Source: Haliotis rubra (taxonomy: Eukaryota). From it: a stretch of 64,000 nucleotides of DNA. Below the pieces are notes generated by a model. That model made no database searches. It was not told where the DNA came from and saw only the letters and a list, made by a program, of their open reading frames with translations. This document shows positions 1 through 11,642 of the stretch, piece after piece; position 1 is the stretch's first letter, and each line of letters begins with the position of its first letter. The position numbers and the translations under genes are program-made. The DNA lies in the NCBI RefSeq assembly GCF_003918875.1, contig NW_025765481.1, forward strand, positions 496,001 through 560,000, read 5' to 3'.

Positions 1-41
1 ATTGAGAAGTTTTTGAAAAGGAATGTTGTTCCTTCCCTCAG

Positions 42-222
42 GTACAGGATCTGTTCCTGCCACCCGCCAATGACCTGCACCATGCCTTCAACTATGGCTA
101 CATCACCCACAACGGCCAGCAGGGTCTGTTCAAACTTGACCTGAAGACCATGAAGTATGTCAAGGCTATCGACTTCTCATCCTACAACTGTGTACCCAAG
201 AGTGTCTCCTTTGTACCTATTG
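42..222 (+). CDS. FSTL5: Follistatin-related protein 4/5-like, internal exon (C-terminal beta-propeller region)
   Basis: cag acceptor at 39-41 and G|GTGAGT donor at 223. Translates VQDLFLPPANDLHHAFNYGYITHNGQQGLFKLDLKTMKYVKAIDFSSYNCVPKSVSFVPIG, resembling the FSTL5 segment 'FGFILH...KIDLETMSYIKTINL..YKCVPQSLAYTHLG' (recalled, not searched). Confidence 0.85.
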
Positions 223-249
223 GTGAGTCAACTCTCCCTTAATACCTAT

Positions 250-599
250 GACAGCCTCCGTGGTGTAGTGGTTAGAGCGTCCACCTAGAGAGCGGAAGGT
301 CGCGGGTTCGATCACCGACCGCGTCATACCAAAAGACGTTAAAATATGGTACTTGTTGGTCCTTGCCTGGCGGTCGGCATTAATGGGTACAACAAGGACT
401 GGTCGGCTCGGAGTCAGTATAATGTGTCTGAGTGGGGTATTCATGCTTCACTGCGTTATGGTATCTCAGTGGGCTAGCACTATAAAGCCAGCTTCAGTCT
501 GGCCTAGTACAAGCAGCTGCACATACACATACACACGCATGCACGTCGTCATGTGAGCGAAATATTCTCAAGCACGACGTTAAACCCAATTTCGTCTCA
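250..599 (+). mobile_element. tRNA-derived SINE (long family B), full length with target-site duplication
   Basis: A box TGGTGTAGTGG and B box GGTTCGATCACC. A 13-bp TSD ccttaatacctat lies at 237-249 and 600-612. Confidence 0.85.
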
Positions 600-1172
600 C
601 CTTAATACCTATTTGTGAGTCAACTCTCCCTTAATACCTATTTGTGAGTCAACTCTCCCTTAATACCTATTTGTGAGTCATCTCTCCCTTAATACCTATT
701 GGTGAGTCAACTCTCCCTTCATACCTATTGGTGAGTCAACTCTCCCTTCATACCTATTGGTGAGTCAACTCTCCCTTAGTTCCTATTGGTGAGTCAACTC
801 TCCCTTAGTACCTATTGGTGAGTCAACTCTCCCTTAGTACCTATTGGTGAGTCAACTCTCCCTGAGTACCTATTGGTGAGTCAACTCTCCTTTAGTACCT
901 ATTGGTGAGTCAACTCTCCCTTAATACCTATTGGTGAGTCAACTCTCCCTAAGTACCTATTGGTGAGTCAACTCTCCTTTAGTACCTATTGGTGAGTCAA
1001 CTCTCCCTTAGTACCTATTGGTGAGTCAACTCTCCCTTAGTTCCTATTGGTGAGTCAACTCTCCCTTAGTACATATTGGTGAGTCAACTCTCCTTTAGTA
1101 CCTATTGGTGAGTCAACTCTCCCTTAATACCTATTTGTGAGTCAACTCTCCCTTAATACCTATTGGTGAGTC
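600..1172 (+). repeat. 29-bp minisatellite (tacctattggtgagtcaactctcccttaa), about 20 copies, derived from the exon/intron junction
   Basis: The unit matches the sequence spanning the donor at 214-242. Confidence 0.95.
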
Positions 1173-1308
1173 GGCACTTTCTGTATGGCTATCGGTGTAT
1201 CAGTACTCTCTTGTTGAGTTGTGGTGAGTCAGTTGTCTTTCTTTGACTTTCAGTGAGTTGGTACTCTCTTTAAGCTGTTGTAGTCACTACTTCTTTCATA
1301 GCTATCAA

Positions 1309-1472
1309 GGGGCGGTGGGGTAGCCCATTGGTTAAAGCGTTGTCTTGTCATGCCAAAGACCCAGGTTTGATTCCCCACGTGTACAAAGTGTGAAGCCCAT
1401 TTATAGTGTCCCCTGCCGTGATATTGTGGGAATATTGCTAAAAGCGATGTCAAAACAATACTCGCTCACTCA
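1309..1472 (+). mobile_element. tRNA-derived SINE (short family A)
   Basis: ggggcggtggggtagccc...ggtttgattcccc...gaagcccattt...gaatattgctaaaagcg...(ctca)n tail. Many sister copies occur in the window. Confidence 0.85.
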
Positions 1473-1874
1473 TGGCTATCAATGTCAGTTTCCCTTTATG
1501 GATAAAGGTGAGTTGGTACTCTCTTTAATCTATTGTAATCACTACTTCTTTCATGGCTATCCGTGACAGGTTCTTTTATGGCTAAAGGTGAGTTAGTTAA
1601 ATACCCACCTTAGGGCTATCAGTTAGTGGGTGCTCTCATTAGGCTACCAGTAATGAAAACTCATCCCACCAGCGGTCAGTACTCCTTTCATAGTTGTCAG
1701 TGAGTACTCCCCTCATGTCCATGAGTTCATCTTTTTCTGTGGGTCACTAGTCTCTTTATAGTTATCAGTCAGTCAGTAGTCACGTTGGCGCTGTCAGAAA
1801 GTTCATAGTAAGGTTTGGGGATTCAGTGAGTCAGTCCTACCTTTGTTGTAGTCGGTGAGTTTATACTCCCTTTG

Positions 1875-2238
1875 CAGGGATGCCAACCACTCTGATTTTG
1901 GAAGATTTTTTTCAAATACAAAATCCACTCTCCGATTTGTCTATAAAAAACTCCGTTTTTTTAGAAAATACAAATTTGTTTATAAATTTAGAATGTTTGA
2001 AAGAATTTTAGTAAATATGTTAGTTTGAGTAAGAATTATCTGGTTAAGTATGCCCGGAAATGCATATTTCCAGGCTAAATCTAAAGATTTTCATATTGGA
2101 AGCCCCCCAGACCCACACCATCAAAGGGGACCCAAACCCCCTCTCACACTAAAACCCATCTCACACCTTCAGGGTTTTAGGAATTTCTTTTAGCAAGGCT
2201 TGACTCCACTTTCATTTGATTCAGGGTTGGCATCTCTG
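1875..2238. mobile_element. Non-autonomous hAT-like MITE
   Basis: TIRs cagggatgccaacc / ggttggcatctctg, with a 6-bp direct repeat cctttg on both flanks. Confidence 0.65.
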
Positions 2239-3077
2239 CCTTTGGGGCTATCAGTGAGACTCGCGGGCCATTGGTTAGTCAGTAATACAGTTACAGCTAT
2301 CAGTACAATGTACTATGTACTAAGTACTTATGAAGTAGAATCCCATGTATTCAAGCTTGTCTCAACAGCCAAATAGAAAGGGGATCAGATGTTAAATGTA
2401 TGGCCTGGTTGATTGCCATGTTTTGTAGTCCCAGCTTGTTGAATTGCTTACTGCCACTATCTTGTTTTATAATTTCTGATTTCATCATAAAAAGCAGTAA
2501 AAAAGATGAATGTGGGAAATGCTAAACTGGCCCAGATCGGTAAAAACGTGAAACTAGCCATTTAAAGGTAGTGCTCATCCAGTGGACTGTCATTTGTAAA
2601 GGGTTACCTCTGGTGATGTTCAGTTATGTTGATTACATGAGAGATCAGAGGTTGTCTCGTAAGGCTTGGGTTATACTTGATTTCATTGATTCCATTAGTG
2701 ATTAGTGACTTGGACCATATTATGGTTAACATATAATGTTATGATTTTGCAAAATGAGATATAGTTATGATAGTTATACTTGTTTAAGATGCAAATTCAT
2801 AATAGACAGTAAAAAAAAAAATGACCAAGAATCAATTGCAAGAACAATAGCATGATGTCATAATGGCTCAAATGTGCTGGTGCTATAAGGGAGATAACTC
2901 TGCATGTCTTAATGGTTCGAGTGTCTCATCAGTTGAAATGTGCTTATATCATTCAGTTTTGAAGTAGCAATGTCACACAGAGGAACAAGGTATATTTGTA
3001 ATGAGGAGTAACTGGTGATTTTAGGTGCATCTGCACTGGTGGACTGATGGTCATATACAGGGGTGTGTTTGTTTCAG

Positions 3078-3272
3078 GTGGACATGTAATCGTCCAGTGT
3101 GTGTCCAAGTCGACCCACGAGACCACACAGCTACTGATGGACTACCTCACAGACAACATCATCTCCAAGACAGCCATCCCAGGCAAACCCTTCGTGGCAC
3201 CGGACTCCAAGCACATAGTCACCATTGACGACTTCTATGGCAAAGTCTCAGTCTTGACAGTGTCAGATGATG
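3078..3272 (+). CDS. FSTL5: FSTL4/5-like exon
   Basis: tttcag acceptor, G|GTAGGA donor, phase 1-1. Translates GGHVIVQCVSKSTHETTQLLMDYLTDNIISKTAIPGKPFVAPDSKHIVTIDDFYGKVSVLTVSDDG (cf. FSTL5 GTPYVSPDGHYLVSIND). Confidence 0.85.
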
Positions 3273-3310
3273 GTAGGACATCTACACAGATGAAATTCCT
3301 TACTCCTGGA

Positions 3311-4066
3311 TAGTTTATTACTTTCACTCTAAACATGGATTGCTGAACTTTAACCCAAACAGTCTGTTAATATGTTATAATTCTGTGGATTTTTACTTAT
3401 TTATTTGTTGGATGTGTACATATTGTCCATTTAAACAAGAGACAACTTTGTCAAATTTCACAAGAGCCAAACATTACATTGTTTAATAACATGGAAAAAT
3501 AATAACCATAATCTTTGTTATTTAGAATGAACAAAACTCTAATTTTATAACAAGATAGAAATGATGGTACGAAAACTGAAAATACAAAGTTTTTGGATTG
3601 CATTACGGTATACCGAACTGAAGGCAAAATACTTTGGTACTACTAATACCGCGATATACTGTTTCACCCCTAATCACTGGTTTGTCTGGTCCAGATTCCA
3701 TCATTTTCAATTTGCCATAGTGGCAACAGTATACCACAGTATTTTGCCTTCAGTTCTGTATACCGTAATGCAATCCAAAAACTTCGTGTATTTTCAGTTT
3801 TCATACCATCAATTCTATCTTGTTATACAATGAGAGTTTTGTTCATTCTGAAATAACAAAGGTTATGGTTATTATTTTTCCATGTTATGAAACAATGTAA
3901 TGTTTGGCTCTTGTGAATTTTGACAAAGTTGTCACTTGTTTGAATGTACAACATGTACACATCCAACAAATAAATATGTAAAAATACATAGAATCATAAC
4001 ATATTAACAGAGACTGTTTGGGTTAAAGTTCAGCAATCCATTGTATAGAGTGAAAGTAATAAACTA
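3311..4066. repeat. Long imperfect inverted repeat (foldback), arms about 330 bp, spacer about 90 bp
   Basis: 3311 tagtttattactttcactct... is the reverse complement of ...agagtgaaagtaataaacta at 4066. Pairing continues inward to about 3640/3729. Confidence 0.9.
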
Positions 4067-4213
4067 ACCTAGTGGTTAAAGCGTCACACCAAAGACCCGA
4101 GTTCGATCCCCAACATGGGTACATTGTGTGAAGCCCATTTCTGGTGTCCCCCGCCGTGATATTGCTGGAATATTGCTAAAAGCGGCGTAAAACCAAACTC
4201 ACTCACTCACTCA
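4067..4213 (+). mobile_element. SINE family A, 5' truncated
   Basis: cctagtggttaaagcg...gctggaatattgctaaaagcggcgtaaaacc...(ctca)n. Confidence 0.8.
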
Positions 4214-4354
4214 ATTTGCCATTATGTAGTTGTAAGAAATCGGCTTGGAACAAATACATCATCAATTAATATCAGGACCCTTTACGAACATGCAAATTTC
4301 ATGAAGTGTGTGTCTCTGTTGTAATGCTATGTGGAACATTCTTCCTTTGTGTAG

Positions 4355-4519
4355 GAAACCTGGAGTCGGAGTTTGAGGTCACGCTGAGCTGCAGCATCAG
4401 CGATGTAGCCTTCTTCTCCTCCGCCGTACATCCCGGATACGATGTTGTCATGACGTCAGCTGATGATGATGACATTTTCTTCCTCAGTCTTACTAATGGA
4501 AAACTGGACAAGGTCAAAG
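4355..4519 (+). CDS. FSTL5: FSTL4/5-like exon
   Basis: tgtag acceptor, G|GTAAGA donor, phase 1-1. Translates GNLESEFEVTLSCSISDVAFFSSAVHPGYDVVMTSADDDDIFFLSLTNGKLDKVKG (cf. ISDLAF...DVLFVELSSGKVKMIK). Confidence 0.85.
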
Positions 4520-5053
4520 GTAAGAACTGTTGTATGCTGGGTTACAAGCTGTCTTCAGCAACCCATGCTTGTTGGAAGAGGTGACTAACGGGATTGGTAG
4601 CTGATGTTGCTGGAATATTGCTGAGAGTGGTTTTAGACTGCAATCAAACAAACAATACTGTCAAATCTTGCTGCTTTGTTATTGAGGGAGTCAAGGGAAA
4701 GGGTCTTACAAAATATGAATCTGTAAAGGAGGGTCATGAGAAGAAGATATTTTGATTAAGTTCAACATCTTCACTCTGTACGAATCTACAGCCCAATTTG
4801 CTCCTCACTCTGTACGAATCTACAGCCCAATTTGCTCCTTCGAAGAGTTTGTGTGACCTGCAGGAGGCCTGGGTAATAAAATACTGTTACTTGCACAACT
4901 GGTTATGGATAATGGCAGTTAAGAGGACTTCTGTTGAAACTCTGAAGACTTTTATGGTGTGATGACAGCCAAAGCGTGGGAAGTATGGCTATGGTGCTAT
5001 AGAGGGCGTTTTCCTGGAATTAGTAACAAAGATATATCATGTTTTTTCTGCAG

Positions 5054-5247
5054 GATCCTCCCTGACAGACCGGGACTGGAAGCCACAGCCGCTGAAGAAG
5101 ACACTTGTAGCTGGAGGCGTCTTCAGTAACTTCCTAGTCAGCTCCCTGCCAACATCTATCCGCATCATCGACGGCAAAGTGCATCGAGTACAGTGTACAT
5201 TTAAAGGCCCAGTCAACAGCCACGTTATTGCCTTTGTAGAAAACTGA
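5054..5247 (+). CDS. FSTL5: FSTL4/5-like terminal coding exon
   Basis: ttttctgcag acceptor. Translates GSSLTDRDWKPQPLKKTLVAGGVFSNFLVSSLPTSIRIIDGKVHRVQCTFKGPVNSHVIAFVEN*, ending TGA at 5245-5247. It aligns to the FSTL5 C-terminus (GLFGQYL...ILDGRLNKLNCEI). Confidence 0.85.
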
Positions 5248-8200
5248 ATCCCACAACATGCAATGTTAATTCTCCACATATCTATTTTAAGAACAAGTTT
5301 TAACTTTATGAACAAGCATGAGCTCTAAAGGAGTTTGAGAATCAAATTATATGAAATGCCATTTACAGCTCAACCAAGATCTTGAGATTTGTATTTGAAG
5401 TTACAGTTTAAACCTTCCAGTCTGAATATTTGAAGGAATACCCCATGATGTGTGAAGTATTTTGAAAAAATAGGTAAGGAAGGGAAATACAGATGATGAG
5501 TATAGAAAATCACCCATTTATCATCAGCTGTTTGCGCTCTACAAAGGGAGACAACTCATTCTGTGGCAAGAAGGGGAGATAATTACGAGCGTTAAGTCCC
5601 CATCATAATTTGCACTAGTGATACAGTGAGCATATCTCATCGTTTGCTTCTAGTATATTGGACCAGAACACAGTAACATATTCACATCATCATCCTGTCA
5701 TCTTGATGTTTCCATTTTGTTGTGTAGATGTTATTTATCAATGCTGTACTCTATTGTCAAAGGCAAACATGTCAGAAGTAGGTTGTGACCAATCACCAGT
5801 GTTTGTCATGTGTGTGCATATATCTTACCTAAAAATACTGCAAATTAATGTCTATTTGATAGATGTGAAAATGCTTTGAGACATTGTGCTGAAGTTGCAA
5901 ATATTTTTATCATTTTATGATACCAGTCTTTGAATTTTTTGGGCACTGCTGTCCAAGAAGTTGTTTTTTTTCACCTTGACTTGATTTTATAGTCATATTG
6001 TTTCACGGAAATTTATATTGTATATTGATGGTATACATTGCAAATGCAATTTTCATGGGCACTTTTTTCACTTAGTGTTACTCGAGTGCAGTCAAGCGGG
6101 TACATGTCCTCAGCCATTACTATGTTGTTTGTATACAGACCTGTTTGCATTTAGCTGGCAGTGTAGGTATAGCGAAGGGAGAGCTTTACATATGTAGATC
6201 TAGATCTAGGGCAATATAGACCTTCAATATCGGAGTAGAGATAGCTAGTGTAAAAAACATTTTCACCATGGAGAGATAATCCCACCTCGGATAATTTCTT
6301 TAGCATCAATTCAATATCAATTTACATTATTCCAATTTGTTCAGCATGAGTCCGATATCTAGATTTTTACTTTAATTTATGAAGTATTTTAAGAAACATA
6401 CATTTAACGTATGACTTGTCTTACTTTTGTTTGTTAGATTGATGTTGAAAGTTAGAGATTAATATTGTATTTGGTTGTGTCTTTCTACGTGTTGTGTGTT
6501 TACCCTGTTATTGAGAAGTTGCTATTTCAGGTAAACCATCGAAATTTGGTCTTTGTTTTTTTTCTTTATATTTTGTTATTTCAGTTCACGCTGAGCTTTT
6601 CCATTGCATGACTTTCTGACACCGCTTGCTTGTAGGCGTGAGTGGTTTACACTCGTTTCAGTGATATCCTGAGGAAGTCCACTTCAAGGTACAACTAGCC
6701 ACGTTCATACAAGATATGTATTTTTATGACATCCTAGTTGAACTAAATGTATGCAGTCCTGTTCACGCTTCTGTGATTTTGAAGTAAATTCAGCCCTATT
6801 GAAAAATATTTTTGTTCACGTAGGTCAGTTTGATGGCTTTTGTCTGTGATTCTTCTAAGAATGGTGGTTGAACAAAATGGAATTTGTACATTCGTTTTGG
6901 GTGTTGCAAGTTTATTTGATATGAAGATCAGAGTGGCATGACAATGCATAAACGTCTAAATTTAATTTCTGTATTCAAATATCTGTACGACTATTTAAAT
7001 CAGTTAACCTGATAGTTGAAGGAGATAAGATGGGTTGTCGGGTTTTAATGGCTCCATTATATGAAATTTTGAATAGTTTTATTACCAGCTGATAATCATA
7101 AGTTATTAACCAATTTCTTTCACCATTTGGACCAAAGTTCTAATCGGAAGAGCCATTGCTTTGTAAAGACCACTTGTGATTGGCTGCCAGACTGTGGCAG
7201 GTTGGGATCCCGATGCTTCTCGCTGTGATTGCTAGCAACTGATTGTATATATACCCTAGTTATGTGTCCTACAATTGAACATTATGTGCCTTTTTTAATG
7301 CTTTTTGTTCACTGCATTTCTGTGGCACATAATCTGTGTACTGTTAAAGGTTTGTCCATAAGCGGCGGCATCAAGGGGAGACAACCGCTGTGTATCATAA
7401 TGATTAGCGCACTGATCAAAGTGCACAGTTAAGGTATATAAGGTTGGCATATTAATGTCATGTTTTTATAGTTATGTATTTTTACTTTTATCCATTTTTT
7501 CATGATCACTTGAACATTCCCTTTTCTGTTGACATATTCATGTCTTGTTTCTGTTATCGTTTTCCGTCATAATAAGCCATTTTTAACGCATACCAGTTTT
7601 ATCAGGAATGTAAAATTAATAGATCTGTTAATATTTTGTTAGTGTGTACCATTCCAGATAGCCTAAACTGGAAGTTACAAATATGGAAGTGATCATAGTT
7701 CTAAAGAATATTTATGCTCAAACAGTGTATTCACTGTCAAAAGGGTAGTTTATGAACAGTTGTATACATAATATCTTGAACTTTAACAGATAGCATTGAC
7801 TTGAAATCTACAACCATGTGTGTTTCAGACTTTTAAATGTGGTATATTCAGGGTTTTAATATTAATACAACACACAAATTGATTTATATTCAGGAACTGG
7901 GTGTAATTTGCTTTCCTTGTTATGGGAAGTGAGTTATAAACTGATTTAAATAAACAGATTTGAAACTGACAGGCAGACACTTAGTCAGTGTTTTGGACAC
8001 ACCCACATCATGGTTCTAAACACTAGTCATGTTTACAACTTTATATGTTTACAATACCAGCACTTATTGCATGCATGGTTTATTCACAGTTTTACCTTCT
8101 CTGTTTTACGTGTCATACATTGGATAAGTGCTATGTACTGAAGTCATGCCTCATTCACCTTAGAAAATATTTAACAGTACATCAAAAGTGAATATTATCA

Positions 8201-8490
8201 AATCTGGTAAGAAACTAGGTTTTAGATGGTATTTAAGGAAACATTTTGTATTATTTTATCATGAAGGGACATTTTAGGAAAGTTTAATTGTAATGTGGAA
8301 AAAAATGACTTAAAGTATTTTGATAATATTGCTTTCACAAATTTGTTTCATAGATGTCATGTTATTCTACAAAGACCGATCTTGCTGACTAACCTATGTA
8401 TATGCAATGTGATTGAATGTGAAATCTGGCTTAAAGTGCACAATTTTACCCTTTTTTGTGAAATCGGTGAAAATATGTGTGAAATAAAAA
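5248..8490 (+). other. Probable long 3' UTR of the FSTL4/5-like gene, with AATAAA at 8483-8488
   Basis: AT-rich, nearly SINE-free stretch after the stop codon. AATAAA is followed by a GT/T-rich tract. Confidence 0.35.
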
Positions 8491-8639
8491 CCTTTTGTTT
8501 AAGAATGTGTTATTCCTTATATTATTGTGTCCCTGTAGGAAATGATGTACCCATGATGTGTCACAGTACCAAATAGTGGCATATGTTACTCATTCTCTCA
8601 AGCACTGGTTTGTCTGGTTTGGACAAATAGTAATAGGCT

Positions 8640-8936
8640 ACCCGTGAAGATCCGGGTGAGAATTGGTCTTCAGTAACCCAAGCTTGTCGTAAGAGGCTAC
8701 CTGTGAAGATCTGGGTGAGAATTGGTCTTCAGTAACCCATGCTTGTTGTAAGAGGCGACAAACAGGATCTGGTGGTCAGGCTCGCTGACTTGGTTGACAC
8801 ATGTCATCATAACCCAATTGCGTAGATTGATGCTCATGCTGTTGATCACTGAATTGTCTGGTCCAAACTCGATTATCTACAGACTGCCACCATATAGGTG
8901 GAAAACCTTGTGAGTGCAGTGTTAACAACCAACTAA
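8640..8936 (+). mobile_element. Short retroposon family C (structured head, no tRNA boxes) with its head duplicated in tandem
   Basis: acccgtgaagatccggg...cttgtcgtaagaggc occurs twice, followed by the family body and an aacc-rich tail. Confidence 0.8.
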
Positions 8937-9384
8937 CTTATAATAGGCATCTGGTGTATAAGGCTATAACAGTCCTGGTGATACAGCTCAAATACTGCCT
9001 CATCACACTGATGATTTACCACATTATGGCTTATGTGAAACTTAAGACAAGGTTTGAATGATTTTGCCAAAATAAAAATAATGAAAAGGTAAAGGAAAAC
9101 TATGAAATCTAAAACTATGAAAACTGAAATATGTAATCACCACAAAAAAGTGGTCACACAATCTGATAAACTGCAAGGCAGACAAGGAGCACCTGCTGTA
9201 ACACTTTATTCTTCCATCCCACCTGCTAGACAACAGGTAGACCTGAGGATGGGCACCTGCTGTGAAGCTGCAGTTTACTTCCCCAACTTCCAGAAGGCAA
9301 ACCATTGCCTGGTGATTGTACAGGAGATGGACATCTACTGAAATACTACCTTTCTCCTATCCCGCTGACCAGAATACATGACCA

Positions 9385-9700
9385 AATCCGAGGTCTAGTG
9401 GTTAGAGCAAGTGAGCGGAAGTCTGTTTCAATTACTTGGCCGTGTTAAACCAAAAGACGTTAAATGGTTGTACTTGTTTTTACCCTGCCTGCCACTTGTC
9501 ATTAAGAGGATATAATGAGGACATCCCACCGGTCGGTATACTGTGTCTGAGTGGGGTATCCATATGTAACTGAGGTATGGTTCTTCACTGGGTGAGCACT
9601 GTCACCTGACAATAACCTGGTCTAGCTCAAATACACACGAACGCACGCACGCACGCACGCACTATATATCTTCAAGAAGTCAGAAGGTGACCTGTAACGG
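9385..9700 (+). mobile_element. Degenerate SINE family B copy
   Basis: Similar to 250-599 (gtggttagagc...ccaaaagacgttaaa...tgtgtctgagtggggtat). Confidence 0.6.
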
Positions 9701-9721
9701 GCGCCTGTTCAATGACTGCAC

Positions 9722-9963
9722 ACCCCTGAAGATCCGGATTAGAATATTGATCTTCAGTAACCCATGCTTGTCGTCAGAGGAGACATACGGGATCGGGTGG
9801 TCAGGCTTGCTGACTTGGTTGACACAATCATGTCATCGGTTCCCATCGATGCTCATGCTGTTGATCACTGGATTGTCTGGTCCAGACTCGATTATTTACA
9901 GACCGCCGCCATATAGCTGGAATATTGCTGAGAGCGGCGTAAAACTAAACTCCCTCACTCACT
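9722..9963 (+). mobile_element. Short retroposon family C
   Basis: Head, body and gctggaatattgctgagagcggcgtaaaactaaac tail. Confidence 0.8.
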
Positions 9964-10091
9964 AATCGACTTCGAACTCGTTGGGGGGTCACCGAGGGAG
10001 GTACACGGATGTCCAGAACCTCTGGGCGACTGAGTCCGCACTTAATGTAGGGCGTTGTCGCATTGTGTTTATAAATCTGACTTACTCCGCA

Positions 10092-10212
10092 TATATAGCA
10101 TCAACCCGGAACTAACTAGCATGTTAAGAAGTTAAAGCCAGGCTTCCCGGCGACTTCTCGAGAGGCAGAGCGGGACACTTGCGCAATTCTATTTAACGCT
10201 GAAGAGGTAAGT
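10092..10212 (+). promoter_or_regulatory. Possible TATA box and non-coding first exon (AG|GTAAGT donor at 10206/10207) for the PAN-mucin gene
   Basis: TATATAG at about 10092, a CpG-richer patch and a perfect donor consensus. No transcript evidence. Confidence 0.3.
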
Positions 10213-10744
10213 GACTATATTGCATTAGGCGGGTTTTCGTACAGATGATATTCGTCTAATTGTACATTACATGGTCAGTAGATATCCCAAATGGCAAGCT
10301 GTCTGTACAAATGTGATGCTGAGCATGCCACGTGGAGCAATTACTCTACCATGTGATTTACTATTCGTATAATTAGATTCACACGAATCTACTGAGATCA
10401 CACAAGTCGCACAACTTTGTTTTATCAAATTAGGTCGCAAGCGCCTGTCTCCATGAATTGTAAAGGGATTCCCATCGAGTCTTAAAACAGTGCTTCCAGG
10501 AGGCTTACAGTTTTAAAATATGACGCAACTGTGTAACTGATTCGACGAATCAGAAATGAAGTGTCTATTATTCTAATGTCTAATACCGTGTTTTTTACAT
10601 GTATATGATTGTATTTGTTTTGTTTTGAGAGGTTTACAAAACTTAGGCAGTATGCGTTAAATGAGAAATGGAAAGAATGGCATTCAAAATGTCGAGATGT
10701 TTTGCCATTTTGCTTCCCATTCGTGAAGACAGTGAATTTAATTC

Positions 10745-10946
10745 ATGAAGAAAAACTGATTTGTATGGATAGTCAACTTCTTTATTGCAATGAGTGCGAC
10801 GTTTCGGTGTAGGTACTAACACCGTTATCAAGCAAGTTAGTACCTACACCGAAACGTCGCACTCATTGCAATAAAGAAGTTGACTATCCATACAAATCAG
10901 TTTTCCTTCATCTTCACAACTTCTAAAATGCCTCTCAAAGAGATTT
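10745..10946. mobile_element. Penelope-like element terminus forming a 76-bp-arm inverted repeat
   Basis: 10745-10820 is the reverse complement of 10836-10911 with 1 mismatch. It contains gaaacgtc...aataaagaagttga, shared with the 58.15-kb element. Confidence 0.75.
10794..10835 (-). ncRNA. Minimal type I hammerhead ribozyme variant (Penelope-associated)
   Basis: Minus strand reads TGC-TTGATAA-C-GGTG-ttagtaccta-CACC-GAAAC-GTC-GCA: a variant core, stem II, GAAAC, GUC cleavage triplet and 3-bp stem I. Confidence 0.55.
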
Positions 10947-11642
10947 AATTGATGGAATTATTTCGTGATATGGTCACTACATGCAAGGTTTGTATGTTTA
11001 CCAGAAACTCCCTAACATTTTGCCATCTTTAATTTACCAAGGCTGTCTGTTTTCGATTATCAAACACTATTTCCATAATAGATTGTTCTGAAAGCAGATT
11101 AGTTACTGTTCCTGTGAATAATAAAAAAGGCATTCTTGAATAAATTCCCGAGGGAAGAAGAACAGCTGCTAATTGTTTGTAATTGTGGTTTGAGGCGTGT
11201 CATGCAGGCAGGGTGTTCTTGCAAAACTTACAGAAAGGAGTTTTGATAAGATAATGCTTTTTAAATACTCTTTTACACAAACGAACGCACACACATGCGG
11301 ACACCCGCGCACACAATTATATGCATTTTCTCCCTCTGTATGGTTAAATGTTAACCAAAGCAAAGAAAAACCCCATCAAACCCGTGCAAATAATCTTGCT
11401 GATTAGAGCTGACTGCAGTGCTTGTGTTTGGGTACGCCGGAGCCACACACAGGGACGTGTACATCAGCAGGTTACAGTGACTCGTGTACAACAGCAACCT
11501 TATCTGGGATGAGGAGGGCGTGTCATGTCGGATGTTTCTGACTAATATACAGGCAACAACATCGTCACTGACGCGGGGGCTGGTTTGCTGGGACACCTCC
11601 CTCGACTGCAACTACATGCTGTTTAAAGCAGCTTTAAGCCAA

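Noticed and set aside
250-330. tRNA gene calls for the SINE heads (also at 1309, 51448 and 57950)
   Set aside because: A and B boxes are present, but there is no complete acceptor stem, and each is followed by a SINE body, a tail and often a TSD.
11400-11642. GC-richer coding-looking stretch before the gap
   Set aside because: It has an in-frame stop, no recognisable motif, and is truncated by the gap.
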